A DNA stretch of 64,000 nt, from NCBI GenBank assembly GCA_964502345.1, contig CAZCWH010000001.1, positions 167 through 64,166 on the forward strand, read 5' to 3'. The notes beneath the pieces were generated by a model. That model was not told the origin of the DNA. It did no database searches and saw only the letters and a program-made list of their open reading frames with translations. Position 1 is the first letter of the stretch; every line of letters starts with the position of its first letter. The stretch is from an uncultured Candidatus Saccharibacteria bacterium. Lineage in GTDB: Bacteria; Patescibacteriota; Minisyncoccia; Phycocordibacterales; UBA918. A program made the position numbers and the translations under genes. Positions 1 to 9,396 of the stretch are shown piece by piece.

Positions 1-319
1 CTTTAATAATGGTCTCATTACGTATCGCAAGATTTTCAAGCTCATCAGTTACTTTTCTGAGATGCGTATCAATCAACTGCCGTGTTTCGCCAGTGTCCCC
101 AGTGAGAGTAATTGAAGCGAGGATCTCTTTACGGGTATGCTCAATATCATTTCGGATTTTTTCCATCTCAGCCTCATCTCCTTTTCGAACTGCTTGTGCA
201 AATCTATGTAAATCTTCTTGAATTCTAAGTCTGAATCTGCGCAACTCAGTTTCAAGATTTTCTCTTTCAACACTATCAGAAATATCAATTTCATCCATGA
301 CCGCGGTTGCTGATGTCAT
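1..319 (-). CDS. hypothetical coiled-coil protein, 3' end runs off window start
   Basis: minus-strand frame is open from ATG (plus 317-319) to position 1. The product is charged and heptad-like (MTSATAVMDEIDISDSVERENLETELRRFRLRIQEDLHRFAQAVRKGDEAEMEKIRNDIEHTRKEIL...). The same frame upstream is closed by stops at 428-430, 446-448 and 476-478. No clear SD. Confidence 0.4.
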   Translation of the reverse strand, partial: MTSATAVMDEIDISDSVERENLETELRRFRLRIQEDLHRFAQAVRKGDEAEMEKIRNDIEHTRKEILASITLTGDTGETRQLIDTHLRKVTDELENLAIRNETIIK

Positions 320-475
320 ATAGATTGGAGGAACATTCGATGTGCGAGATGAAGTCCCACTTGATTGCGGTTTGGTAGTTCCTGCGATGTACGTAGTGTC
401 TTCAAGCTCTGCATGAATCTGCTGTATTTCAACAACTTTCGCAGTCTCAGCTTCTGTGTGAACCGGTACAATAGC

Positions 476-2050
476 ATTAACGATTGATGCTGGAATACGT
501 GTGCTTTCCGTCACACCATACTGGTGCTTTACTCGTGCAAATACTTTGTAATTACCATTCGGTGTTTGTTTGGTAGGCCATTTAAACTTCCACGTATCAT
601 CGTTTTGCTTTTGTGCGCGACCTAAGAATAATGGTGTGAGTGCACTTGTTGGTTGAACGTACAACTCAACAAAGGTTGCGTCAGATACAGTGACAAAAAC
701 GTCAACATCACCATCAAGCGGAGAAGGCTTAGGGATCTGAATGAGTATCTGAGGCTCCAGCGCTGCCGTGGCAGTTGTCGTAGCTGTTGAACTAGCGTTT
801 GTCGCAGGGGTCGCATTATCAATTGATGTTGTAACCTCGTTACTTTGATAGGAAGCTCCTGTAAATAGCGCCTGTGCACGAACAGTATAGGTTCCCTTTG
901 GAAAGAGCGCTGTATTCCATTCAAACCGCCATTCTGTACCGTTGTGGTACGTTGCATACCCAAGTAATGAATAATTTGAGCTGCTACCACTTTTTACATA
1001 GAGCTTAACTCCAGTTGCACCTATAACCGTGGTCTCCATGGTTACGTAGCCCTTAAGTGGCGGAGCTTCATTAATGGTGAGCTGTACGAGTGGTGCCGAT
1101 GTTGCAGTAGTAGTTGTTGTCGGAGTTGACACTGTGGTTGTAGCCGAGGGTGGAGTGCTCGTCGTTGATCCAGTGCTAGTACTTGATCCTGTTTCTGCAT
1201 CAGAAGCCATGGAGACTGGGTAATTTTCTACAAAAATATTTGATGATTCCGTATGGTTGTACGTACCATACGCGTTTTTGACAAGTGCTTTAATACGATA
1301 CTCACCATCTGTGTAGCCTCGCGTATCCCAAAAAAATCTCCAGATATCACTACTTACATTGACTGCTCTTCCGAGCGTTATGCTTGTTCCTGTAGTTTTC
1401 TGATACGCATGTACATCAACGCTTGTGGCATAGGGCACAATGATAGTAATTGGAACAATATTTGCATACGGCGAGACTCCCTCAAACAAAAAGTCGACAG
1501 GTGGTGTTGGATCAACACTAGACCCTGTCGTTCCTGAGGTACCCGCTGTTTCATTTGTTGCACAGTACACCGCATCATAATTTGGGCTTGCTGTGTCAGA
1601 GCAGTTGTAGTTTGATCCAGTAGACTGGGCTACCAGACTTGCACTCTCTAGATTTGCATAGGTTCCACCGAAACTTTGCATATGAAAAAGCGTAAATAGA
1701 GCGCCAACGACAACAAAGAACACTCCGGCATAACGCGCAACCTGAGACGCAAGCCTGTCATTATCAATAGGAAGACGAAACGGTGAAAGTAAAGCTAGTT
1801 GTAAATTATTTCGCACCACAATTGCGCTTGGGAGCGCAAACGTAGTTTGAGGGCTATCCGCTTTAACTTTCTTTGAATCACCGCCAACAGTGATTTTCGT
1901 CTTTAAATTTTTTGAGGACTTTTGATCACGATGTGTAGCCTTAGTTAAAGAAACTGTATTCTTAATCTTTTTAGAACGCACTCGTGATGAAGAATCTTTT
2001 ACCTTCAGCAAAACTGCGGGCTTCTTTAATGCAGCTCCGTTCTTTGACAT
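476..2050 (-). CDS. type II membrane protein. Basic cytoplasmic N-terminus (~110 aa), one TM helix (YAGVFFVVVGALFTLF), then three Ig-like repeats each with a W-[RK]-F-x-W motif. 524 aa.
   Basis: manual codon-by-codon translation of the minus strand from ATG at 2050 to TAA at 476-478 found no in-frame stop. It is absent from the supplied ORF track. Track ORFs 622..990, 1378..1578 and 73..294 are other frames. Confidence 0.55.
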
Positions 2051-2100
2051 GCCATCATTATACTTTGATGTCGTCAGTAATTACGTGACTGTGTCGATAA

Positions 2101-4128
2101 CTATTTTGATTTCTTGAGCGACTCAAGTGCACGGATTTCATCTCGGATAATAGCGGCTGTTTCGAAATCAAGTTGCTTAACCGCCTCCTCCATCTGTTCA
2201 CGCTTTTCGATCAGTGTTTGTTTTGGATTCTTACGGTAAAGATCAATATCTACAGCAAGCAGTGTGTCGACGGTCTGCATATGTTCAGTGCGAAGATGCT
2301 CGGTAATGTCTTTAATTTCTTTAGCGATTGTTTGCGGGGTGATATTGTGCTTTTTATTATAGGCGAGTTGTATCTCACGTCTTCGCATTGTCTCATCAAT
2401 TGCATATTTAAGTGCTGGCGTTATTTCATCTGCATAGAGCAAAACTCTACCATTAACATTGCGTGCTGCTCGTCCTATAGTTTGAATAAGTGATGTTTCA
2501 GAACGCAAAAAACCAGCCTTATCTGCATCGAGAATGGCAACGAGCTCAACTTCGGGTAAATCGAGTCCCTCGCGGAGTAAATTGACTCCAACAAGACAAT
2601 CAAAAACACCCTTTCTGAAGTCTGTAAGAATCTGTATTCGCTCGATTGTCTTAATATCACTGTGCAGATACTTTGAATTAATACCTCGCTCAGTAAGAAA
2701 TTCAGAAAGATCTTCGGCCATCTGCTTCGTGAGCGTGGTTACAAGCACACGTGTACCACTCGTAATCACTTTTACGGCTTCCTCGATAAAGTCTTTTACT
2801 TGCCCCTTGTAATTTCCTTTCTCAACAATCGGTCGAAGATCTATAATTGGATCAACAAGTCCTGTTGGGCGAATAATCTGTGAGACGATTTCACCCTGTG
2901 CATTGTCAGCATGCGCAAACTCGTACTTCCCTGGTGTTGCAGAAGTATAAATGCACTGCCCCACGCGCTCCTCAAATTCTGAAAAGTTGAGAGGCCGATT
3001 ATCAATAGCACTCGGGAGTCTAAATCCATGTTCAACGAGTGTTACTTTACGTGAACGATCGCCTGCGTACATACCACCAAGTTGAGGAATGGTCACATGT
3101 GATTCATCAATAATCGTAAGAAAATCAGGAGTACCGTCAGCCTTGTGTGGAAAGTATGAGAGGAGCGTATAGGGTGCTTCTCCTTCTTTTCTTCCATCAA
3201 AATGGCGTGAGTAATTTTCGATACCATTGCAATAGCCAATTTCACGGATAAGTGCGAGATCATGTTCCGTTCTTCGCTTAATACGTTGTGCTTCTATGAG
3301 CTTCTCTTCCTTCTTAAACTTCTTGAGTTGCAAATCAAGCTCAAGCTTAATATCTGCCATAGCTCGCTTGCGCTCATCTTCTGGGGTAACAAAGTGCTTG
3401 GCAGGAAAAAGAAAGAAGACGTCACTTTCTTCAATAATTGCTCGTGAGACGGCATCAATCTTTGTAATGTCGCTTATTTCGTTCCCTTTAAAACCTAAAC
3501 GGAAGATGACTCGCTCATTGGTTGGCATAATTTCAACAGTATTTCCAACAGCTCTAAAGTGTCCTGGGGTTAAATCAGCATTTGTTCTTTCAAAATACAT
3601 CGAGACAAGTAATCTGAGCATTTCAGCGCGTGATATAGAAAAGCCACGCGTGATTTTCTTATGTACTTTCTCATACTCGATTGGTGAACCGAGCCCGTAA
3701 ATACATGACACGGAGGCAACTATGATGACATCCTTGCGTGTGAGTAAGGCCTGAGTCGAAGCATGTCGTAAGCGGTCAATCTCTTCATTTATCATCGCTT
3801 CTTTTTCGATGTACGTATCAGAAATTGGCATGTATGCCTCAGGCTGATAATAGTCATAGTATGAAACGAAGTAGTGAACAGCATTATTTGGGAAGAAATC
3901 TCGATACTCTTGCGCGAGCTGTGCAGCAAGAGTCTTATTGTGTGCAATAACTAGTGTCGGCTTTTGGACATGTGCAATCACATTCGCTGCCGTATAAGTT
4001 TTTCCAGAGCCAGTCACACCAAGTAACGTCTGGTGACGCATACCCGCTTCGTAACCTTTTACCAGCTTTTCTATTGCCTTTGGTTGGTCACCTGCAGGTG
4101 TTTTATCAGTATTAAGCTTGAATTCCAT
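2101..4128 (-). CDS. uvrB: excinuclease ABC subunit B (UvrB)
   Basis: 675 aa with a Walker A motif (GVTGSGKT), helicase motifs, and a C-terminal UVR domain (IRDEIRALESLKK). Full-length UvrB architecture. Confidence 0.95.
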   Translation of the reverse strand: MEFKLNTDKTPAGDQPKAIEKLVKGYEAGMRHQTLLGVTGSGKTYTAANVIAHVQKPTLVIAHNKTLAAQLAQEYRDFFPNNAVHYFVSYYDYYQPEAYMPISDTYIEKEAMINEEIDRLRHASTQALLTRKDVIIVASVSCIYGLGSPIEYEKVHKKITRGFSISRAEMLRLLVSMYFERTNADLTPGHFRAVGNTVEIMPTNERVIFRLGFKGNEISDITKIDAVSRAIIEESDVFFLFPAKHFVTPEDERKRAMADIKLELDLQLKKFKKEEKLIEAQRIKRRTEHDLALIREIGYCNGIENYSRHFDGRKEGEAPYTLLSYFPHKADGTPDFLTIIDESHVTIPQLGGMYAGDRSRKVTLVEHGFRLPSAIDNRPLNFSEFEERVGQCIYTSATPGKYEFAHADNAQGEIVSQIIRPTGLVDPIIDLRPIVEKGNYKGQVKDFIEEAVKVITSGTRVLVTTLTKQMAEDLSEFLTERGINSKYLHSDIKTIERIQILTDFRKGVFDCLVGVNLLREGLDLPEVELVAILDADKAGFLRSETSLIQTIGRAARNVNGRVLLYADEITPALKYAIDETMRRREIQLAYNKKHNITPQTIAKEIKDITEHLRTEHMQTVDTLLAVDIDLYRKNPKQTLIEKREQMEEAVKQLDFETAAIIRDEIRALESLKKSK

Positions 4129-4160
4129 AGTTTTGTGATTTTAACACATCAGAATAGTAA

Positions 4161-4189
4161 TTGACACTATAGCTTTTTTACGACATAAT
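4161..4189 (+). promoter_or_regulatory. sigma70-like promoter, TTGACA-N17-CATAAT
   Basis: -35 TTGACA at 4161-4166, a 17-nt spacer, then -10 CATAAT at 4184-4189. It lies 32 nt upstream of the GTG of the small plus-strand ORF. Confidence 0.4.
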
Positions 4190-4220
4190 AAATTATACGC
4201 TCATTCTGGAGGAACAGGCC

Positions 4221-4400
4221 GTGCTGACGAACATTGCACAGCAACTTGCGGTAGTTAGTTTTGTCCTTTTTGTTCTCCTTACCCCATGTGATTACTTTGG
4301 TTTATCACACTACCTAAAGTGGATGTATTTCACTGCAGTGGTTACTGGCATAGGCGCAGGAGTACTTTTCTTCTGCAACTACCTCCTGCAACGAAAATAA
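4221..4400 (+). CDS. small two-TM membrane protein (59 aa), GTG start
   Basis: GGAGG SD at 4209-4213 sits 7 nt before GTG at 4221. The ORF is VLTNIAQQLAVVSFVLFVLLTPCDYFGLSHYLKWMYFTAVVTGIGAGVLFFCNYLLQRK. It has a promoter upstream and a hairpin plus T-tract downstream. It is not in the ORF track. Confidence 0.45.
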   Translation: MLTNIAQQLAVVSFVLFVLLTPCDYFGLSHYLKWMYFTAVVTGIGAGVLFFCNYLLQRK

Positions 4401-4425
4401 GAAACAAATTACAAGCATGAATGAG

Positions 4426-4455
4426 GCTCCGTCACTGCGGGGCTTTTCTTTATTC
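4426..4455 (+). terminator. intrinsic terminator-like hairpin (GCUCCG/CGGGGC with one G-U wobble) followed by TTTTCTTTATTC
   Basis: stem 4426-4431/4438-4443, 6-nt loop, T-rich tract 4444-4455. The pairing only works in the plus-sense RNA. It overlaps the last codons of tgt. Confidence 0.35.
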
Positions 4456-5643
4456 GGAAAGAATCCTTTCTCTTAGTTTTTTTGTGAAGTTGACGATGAC
4501 GTACAGATTATGAAGAGATGCAAGGTGAGCACCAAGCATTTCATTAGCTCTAAAAAGATGCGCAAGATACGCTCGCGTATAGTGGGTACATACGTAGCAA
4601 TCACATCCTTCATCTGGCTTTCCTAGATCGTTCGTGTACTGTGCATTTTTTAAATTGAGTTTTTTGATTCCCTCATGTGTATGCACATAGATTGCTCCTG
4701 TGCGTGCGATGCGCGTAGGAGCTACACAATCAAATGTGTCACAACCCATACGTACCCCTGCTTCAATATCCTCAGGCTCACCAATACCAAGAAGGTGTCG
4801 AGGCTTGTCTTGAGGGAGTACCTCATTTACAGCTTTCAAAGATCCACCCAAATCCTCCTTACTAAATGAACCGCCAATACCAAATCCATCGAAGTCCATG
4901 TCACTTAAAATGCGTGCACTCTCTTTTCGTAAATCTAAGTGTCGTCCTCCCTGCACCACTCCATAAAGTCCCTGTTTTTGCAGTGCTTCATAGTTACGCT
5001 TATGCGCAAGAATAGAGCGCTTTGCCCAACGATGCGTCCGATTCATCGCTTCTTCTTGGTACTCCCGGGGTGCGGTAGGAGACGTGCATTCATCAAACGC
5101 AACGATGATATCAGCACCTATACTATGCTGAATTTCTATGGAGCGTTCTGCGGTGAACCGATGCATACTCCCATCAATGTGTGATGTGAATGTGACCCCA
5201 TCTTCATCGATGACACAGAGTTTACCGTGGCTCTCCGCAAGTTCTTTTGAGTACACCGTGAGCCCTTCGTCAGCATCTACGGTTTCACCTTTTGCAAACT
5301 TTGTTACTCCTTTACCAAACGCAGCGCCAAGTGAAAATACTTGAAACCCTCCTGAGTCAGTCATCGTTGGGAGCTTCCAGTTAGAAAATGAATGCAGTCC
5401 CCCTGCTTTTTCTATGAGCTCATGCCCAGGCTGAAGATAGAGATGGTAGGTATTTGCGAGCGCCACCTGTGCACCAACATACTCCTCAAGGTCCTCAGGT
5501 TTGAGTGATTTCACCGTCCCCTTTGTACCCACAACAACAAAAGCAGGTGTCAGAATATCACCATGGGGTGTATGAATAACACCAGCCCGTGCAAGAGTGC
5601 CTGGCTGGTGCTTTACTACTTCAAACGTGATGGGTGAAGCCAT
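4450..5643 (-). CDS. tgt: queuine tRNA-ribosyltransferase (tRNA-guanine transglycosylase)
   Basis: 397 aa with a TGT fold and a C-x-C-x2-C...H zinc site (CDCYVCTHY...H). Its ATG overlaps the stop of the upstream FKBP gene as TAATG. Confidence 0.93.
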   Translation of the reverse strand: MASPITFEVVKHQPGTLARAGVIHTPHGDILTPAFVVVGTKGTVKSLKPEDLEEYVGAQVALANTYHLYLQPGHELIEKAGGLHSFSNWKLPTMTDSGGFQVFSLGAAFGKGVTKFAKGETVDADEGLTVYSKELAESHGKLCVIDEDGVTFTSHIDGSMHRFTAERSIEIQHSIGADIIVAFDECTSPTAPREYQEEAMNRTHRWAKRSILAHKRNYEALQKQGLYGVVQGGRHLDLRKESARILSDMDFDGFGIGGSFSKEDLGGSLKAVNEVLPQDKPRHLLGIGEPEDIEAGVRMGCDTFDCVAPTRIARTGAIYVHTHEGIKKLNLKNAQYTNDLGKPDEGCDCYVCTHYTRAYLAHLFRANEMLGAHLASLHNLYVIVNFTKKLRERILSE

Positions 5644-6188
5644 TAATTAATCTTCACGAGTTCGATAGCGAAAATAAGTGTTGATCCTGCTTCAATTGGA
5701 CCTACTTTCCTCTCTCCGTAGCCAAGTGATGGTGGTATTACAAGAATTCGCTGACCACCAACCTGCATCCCAAGAATTCCTTTTTCCCAACCCTGAATGA
5801 CTCGATGATCACCAACGGTGAATGTGAAGGGTTCACCACGAACGTATGAATTATCAAACTGCACACCACTTTGTGTTGAACCAATATAGTGTGCAACAAC
5901 CGTGTCACCTTCCTTGACCTCGGGACCAGTTCCTATCTTTATGTCATCAACAACAAGCTTTTGTAGCTTTCCATCAACAGTTGCCGCATTTCGTAGTGCC
6001 TTCTCGAGATCGCCAGTACCCACTTCAGTATCAGCCTCAACTGCTACAAGCGCTGCCTGAGAGTCTCCTTCGAGCGTTGCGACAGTTGCATTAATGTCTG
6101 TCTGGAACCTAAGAAGACTAAGGGCTACTGCCATGACTGCAACACTCAAAAAGATGCCAATTACCTCAAATTTATTTACTGGACTCAT
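5643..6188 (-). CDS. FKBP-type peptidyl-prolyl cis-trans isomerase, membrane-anchored or secreted
   Basis: N-terminal hydrophobic segment, then an FKBP_C domain (VVAHYIGSTQSGVQFDNSY...FTVGDHRVIQGWEKGILGMQVGGQRILVIPPSLGYG). Confidence 0.85.
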   Translation of the reverse strand: MSPVNKFEVIGIFLSVAVMAVALSLLRFQTDINATVATLEGDSQAALVAVEADTEVGTGDLEKALRNAATVDGKLQKLVVDDIKIGTGPEVKEGDTVVAHYIGSTQSGVQFDNSYVRGEPFTFTVGDHRVIQGWEKGILGMQVGGQRILVIPPSLGYGERKVGPIEAGSTLIFAIELVKIN

Positions 6189-6235
6189 ATATTCATTGAT
6201 TGATTATCGAACCATAATAGCCGTGTTTCCCAAAT

Positions 6236-6470
6236 ATGCAACCTAAAGCGCAACGACCAAAGGGAGTATGCGTTTGGAAGTACTCCTGTGGTACAACCTA
6301 TTTTTTAAGGAGCCTCTGGCGACTATAAAAATGGAAGTACTCTTGTGGCACAACCTAAAGCGCAACGACCAAAGGGAGTATGCGTTTGGAAGTACTCCTG
6401 TGGTACAACCTGATTTTTAAGGAGCCTCTGGCGACTATAAAAATGGAAGTACTCTTGTGGTACAACCTGA
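6236..6470. repeat. tandem repeat, 2 x 112 bp. Each unit is two ~56-bp half-units ending GGAAGTACTCYTGTGGYACAACCT.
   Basis: direct inspection: acctaaagcgcaacgaccaaagggagtatgcgtttggaagtactcctgtggtacaacctRattttttaaggagcctctggcgactataaaaatggaagtactcttgtggY occurs twice head-to-tail, between the CapA-like and FKBP genes. Confidence 0.8.
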
Positions 6471-6547
6471 TAAGAGTTTGAATTTATGAAAACTATCTTA
6501 GAACCTGAACAGCCTCTGTAAGACAGCACTCGATATCCGTTCAATGC

Positions 6548-7576
6548 TTAATCACGCGACACCACAAAGTACGGGTGACCTACTTCGTTATACTTTCCAT
6601 CGGTAATTTTTTCGAAGCGTTTATAAATCTCCATTCGCTCATCACCGGTCACAACATAGGGTTGACTACGGGAATCCTTACTTGAAAATGGGATAAGCGT
6701 ATAGATGACTCGATCTCTCTCAAACATAAGATCTATGCCTAATCCCTTTTGAACTTCATCACTGAAGTACTGATCAAAAATGAAATTTCCAAGGGAATAG
6801 AAAATTGGTTTGTCATTATATATTTCAATATCTTGGATAACATGGGGGTGATGCCCAATAACTGCATCAATACCGTTATCTATTAGGAGATGCGCTAGAC
6901 CCTCCTCCTTATAACTATGGAGTAATTCGTACTCATTACCCCAATGAACAAAAACGATCTGAAAATCTGATTTCTGCTTCAACTCAGTAACTACTGCCTG
7001 GAGCGCGTCAAGATCCGGTTCTGTAAAGAGCGTATGCATAAACAAGAAACCAATCGTAGTATCACCCACTTTTTTTATACTCGTGGATGAGGATGTAACC
7101 GTGAGTGGATGACCAAAACACGAGATACCATACTGTGAGCATACTGATAGCGTATTTTCATAACTCTGAGGACCATAGTCGAGTGCATGATTATTAGCTA
7201 GCGAGAGGACATCAATTCCAGCATTATGTAACTCCTGCATATACTTTTCTTCTATGGAAAAGGTCATTCCAAGAGATTGTGTTGGGATATGATTCTGTGG
7301 AATCGTGCCCTCAAAATTTCCCACTGCAAGATCAGCACTCCTAATGAGTTCTTCGACTTTTCTAAATGAATATGATGTACCGTTTTGCTCACCAAGGACT
7401 TCAACATTCCTACCAAGCATTATGTCTCCAACAAACAGCACATGAGCATCGTCGTAGGTCTCCACAAATTGCCAAAACTCAAATGAAGGGATGCGAAATT
7501 CAGGAAAATTGACTACTGTAAGATGGACACCCGCTCCAACAATTGCAACAAAAAGTATGATTAGAAAAAATTTCAC
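6548..7576 (-). CDS. CapA/PgsA-family metallophosphatase (poly-gamma-glutamate/capsule synthesis protein-like)
   Basis: 342 aa with an N-terminal TM. Calcineurin-like motifs (VGDIMLGR, GNFE, ANNH, GHHPH, LGNF) are typical of PGA_cap. Confidence 0.7.
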   Translation of the reverse strand: MKFFLIILFVAIVGAGVHLTVVNFPEFRIPSFEFWQFVETYDDAHVLFVGDIMLGRNVEVLGEQNGTSYSFRKVEELIRSADLAVGNFEGTIPQNHIPTQSLGMTFSIEEKYMQELHNAGIDVLSLANNHALDYGPQSYENTLSVCSQYGISCFGHPLTVTSSSTSIKKVGDTTIGFLFMHTLFTEPDLDALQAVVTELKQKSDFQIVFVHWGNEYELLHSYKEEGLAHLLIDNGIDAVIGHHPHVIQDIEIYNDKPIFYSLGNFIFDQYFSDEVQKGLGIDLMFERDRVIYTLIPFSSKDSRSQPYVVTGDERMEIYKRFEKITDGKYNEVGHPYFVVSRD

Positions 7577-7594
7577 AGGTACAGTACTTATGCA

Positions 7595-7999
7595 TTATAG
7601 GTAGAATGGTCCAATTTTAAGTATAAACATCGCAATCGTAGAGGTAACCCCAGCAACTATAATCGCGGTCACAAATGTAATTAGTCTATGCACAAATGTT
7701 GCTTCTAAATTTTGAGCCATTTGATACTCGTCATGAGCCCTTGTAGTACTCGTGTGTATATGGATATTGAGAAGTGACAAAACTGCACCAGATGACAGTC
7801 GCGAATCACGATACAACACCTTCGAAGCTTCACTTTCCTCATGTTCTGCCACCACGACACCTCGAAGTGCCCTAAGTGCTTCTACTATGTCACCATCAGT
7901 CCAAGAAAACTTCTTTAGCTCAAGCGTAATTTCAGCATCAGTAGCTGTGCTTGAAATACCATTAATCCTCAAATAATTTTCAACATATTCTCGAGTCAT
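7595..7999 (-). CDS. hypothetical tail-anchored membrane protein
   Basis: 134-aa ORF with a C-terminal hydrophobic helix and no recognisable domain. Confidence 0.4.
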   Translation of the reverse strand: MTREYVENYLRINGISSTATDAEITLELKKFSWTDGDIVEALRALRGVVVAEHEESEASKVLYRDSRLSSGAVLSLLNIHIHTSTTRAHDEYQMAQNLEATFVHRLITFVTAIIVAGVTSTIAMFILKIGPFYL

Positions 8000-8008
8000 A
8001 CTGGGTTG

Positions 8009-9127
8009 CTACGTCTTACGGATTTGAGTTGCATACAATTCAATGAGCACTGTGAAGAAACTGAGAATGACTGGTCCAAGTATGAAACCGATAGGGCCAA
8101 AGAGTGCTATTCCTCCAAGCACAGAAAGTAGAATAAGAAATGGGTGCAGTGAGTTTCCACGACTCATCACGTACGGCCCAATGAAATTATCGATAATTCC
8201 AACTGCAAGCACACCCCACAGTGCAACACCCCCCGCAAGAAAATGTGAGCCAGTAACTATGAGATATATAACTGCAGGTATAAAAACTATTGTTGTTCCG
8301 ATGCCAGGTATGAGTGCACCAATAGCAGCAACACTCCCCCACAAGACTGCACGTTCAAATCCAAACATGTACAAACCAATTCCAGTTAAGGTTCCTTGAA
8401 GGAGCGCGACGAGTACCGTACCCAGCGCTACTGACCTCACTGATGTAGCAAGTCGCTTTAGAATGAGTTCATCCTGCACATTCTTAAGTGGACTAATCTT
8501 AACGAGATATGTAGTAAACAATTTGCCATCACGGAAAAAGTAAAAAGAAGCAATGAGTGCAATGAAAAAGAGAAATATGGTCGAAGCAGTACCAGCAAAA
8601 AGACTTACTATGTGAGTTGCTATAAAACTTGCAACTTGCTCTACAAAACTTGCCACATCAAGTGAAAATCCAGGAATGAACTCCTGCATAAATGATTCAA
8701 TCCGTTCAAGCTGTCCCGAGAATGTGAGGTATGTATTTGAATTGAAAAGTGAATACACCGAAAGCGCCTCACGCAGAATGAATGATGCAAGAACTGAGAG
8801 AGGTAACACAACAATGAGAATGACTGAAAGTACCGCAAGGAGTGATGCAACAGTTTTGTTTCCCCGCGGAACAATACTTAAAAGTCGTTCATAGAGTGGG
8901 TAGCAAATAGTCACAATAATCGCCGCAAGTGCGAGTGCTCCACCAAACGGTGCAAACAGCTTCCACATAAGAAATGCAGAACCTACAAGAACTGCAAAGA
9001 AAAATATGTGCTCAATGAGTTTGTCACTTACCATACGATTACTCCTATTGTACATTGTTCGTGAAAAGAAAAAAGCCAAGCGGATGCCTGGCTTTTTCTC
9101 TTTATTCAAAATTCTGCTTAGAAGCAA
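8009..9127 (-). CDS. AI-2E family transporter (PerM/YhhT-like permease)
   Basis: about 8 TM helices with AI-2E-like topology and a Gly-rich C-terminal half. The true start may be the internal Met (MVSDKLIEH...). Confidence 0.65.
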   Translation of the reverse strand: MLLSRILNKEKKPGIRLAFFFSRTMYNRSNRMVSDKLIEHIFFFAVLVGSAFLMWKLFAPFGGALALAAIIVTICYPLYERLLSIVPRGNKTVASLLAVLSVILIVVLPLSVLASFILREALSVYSLFNSNTYLTFSGQLERIESFMQEFIPGFSLDVASFVEQVASFIATHIVSLFAGTASTIFLFFIALIASFYFFRDGKLFTTYLVKISPLKNVQDELILKRLATSVRSVALGTVLVALLQGTLTGIGLYMFGFERAVLWGSVAAIGALIPGIGTTIVFIPAVIYLIVTGSHFLAGGVALWGVLAVGIIDNFIGPYVMSRGNSLHPFLILLSVLGGIALFGPIGFILGPVILSFFTVLIELYATQIRKT

Positions 9128-9396
9128 TCGCAGCTGCTTCTAATGCCTCAAATGTAGCCTTTCCTGCTACATCAGCGGCTTCAAAACTCTGAGTAAAGAG
9201 GTTGGATACGTACCACAGTACGAATATGAATCCTATGGCTCGAAACATAGTAATATTTTTGCAAATGCATGCTTTCTTTGACGAGAAGAAAGCTGAAAAA
9301 ATCGACATTTGCCCGAGCTCTCAAGAACTGTACTTCTACACTCTATTACAAAAACTATTCTTGTAAAGTTTCAAGCAGTAGTATGGACGAGCTCTG

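Noticed and set aside
622-1578. Track ORFs 622..990, 1378..1578 and 1253..1537 as genes
   Set aside because: They are alternate frames overlapping the manually verified 476..2050 ORF, and their products are low-complexity (R/L/Q-rich).
6236-6470. Possible CRISPR array (direct repeats in an intergenic region)
   Set aside because: There are only 2-4 copies, the units are 56/112 bp, and the spacers between conserved ends are themselves repeated. No cas genes are nearby. It fits a tandem duplication or regulatory repeat, not CRISPR.
9102-9308. 68-aa minus-strand ORF overlapping the AI-2E transporter start by 26 nt
   Set aside because: It may be the true N-terminal extension or a separate micro-protein with one TM. 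There is no independent support, so it is not listed as a feature.
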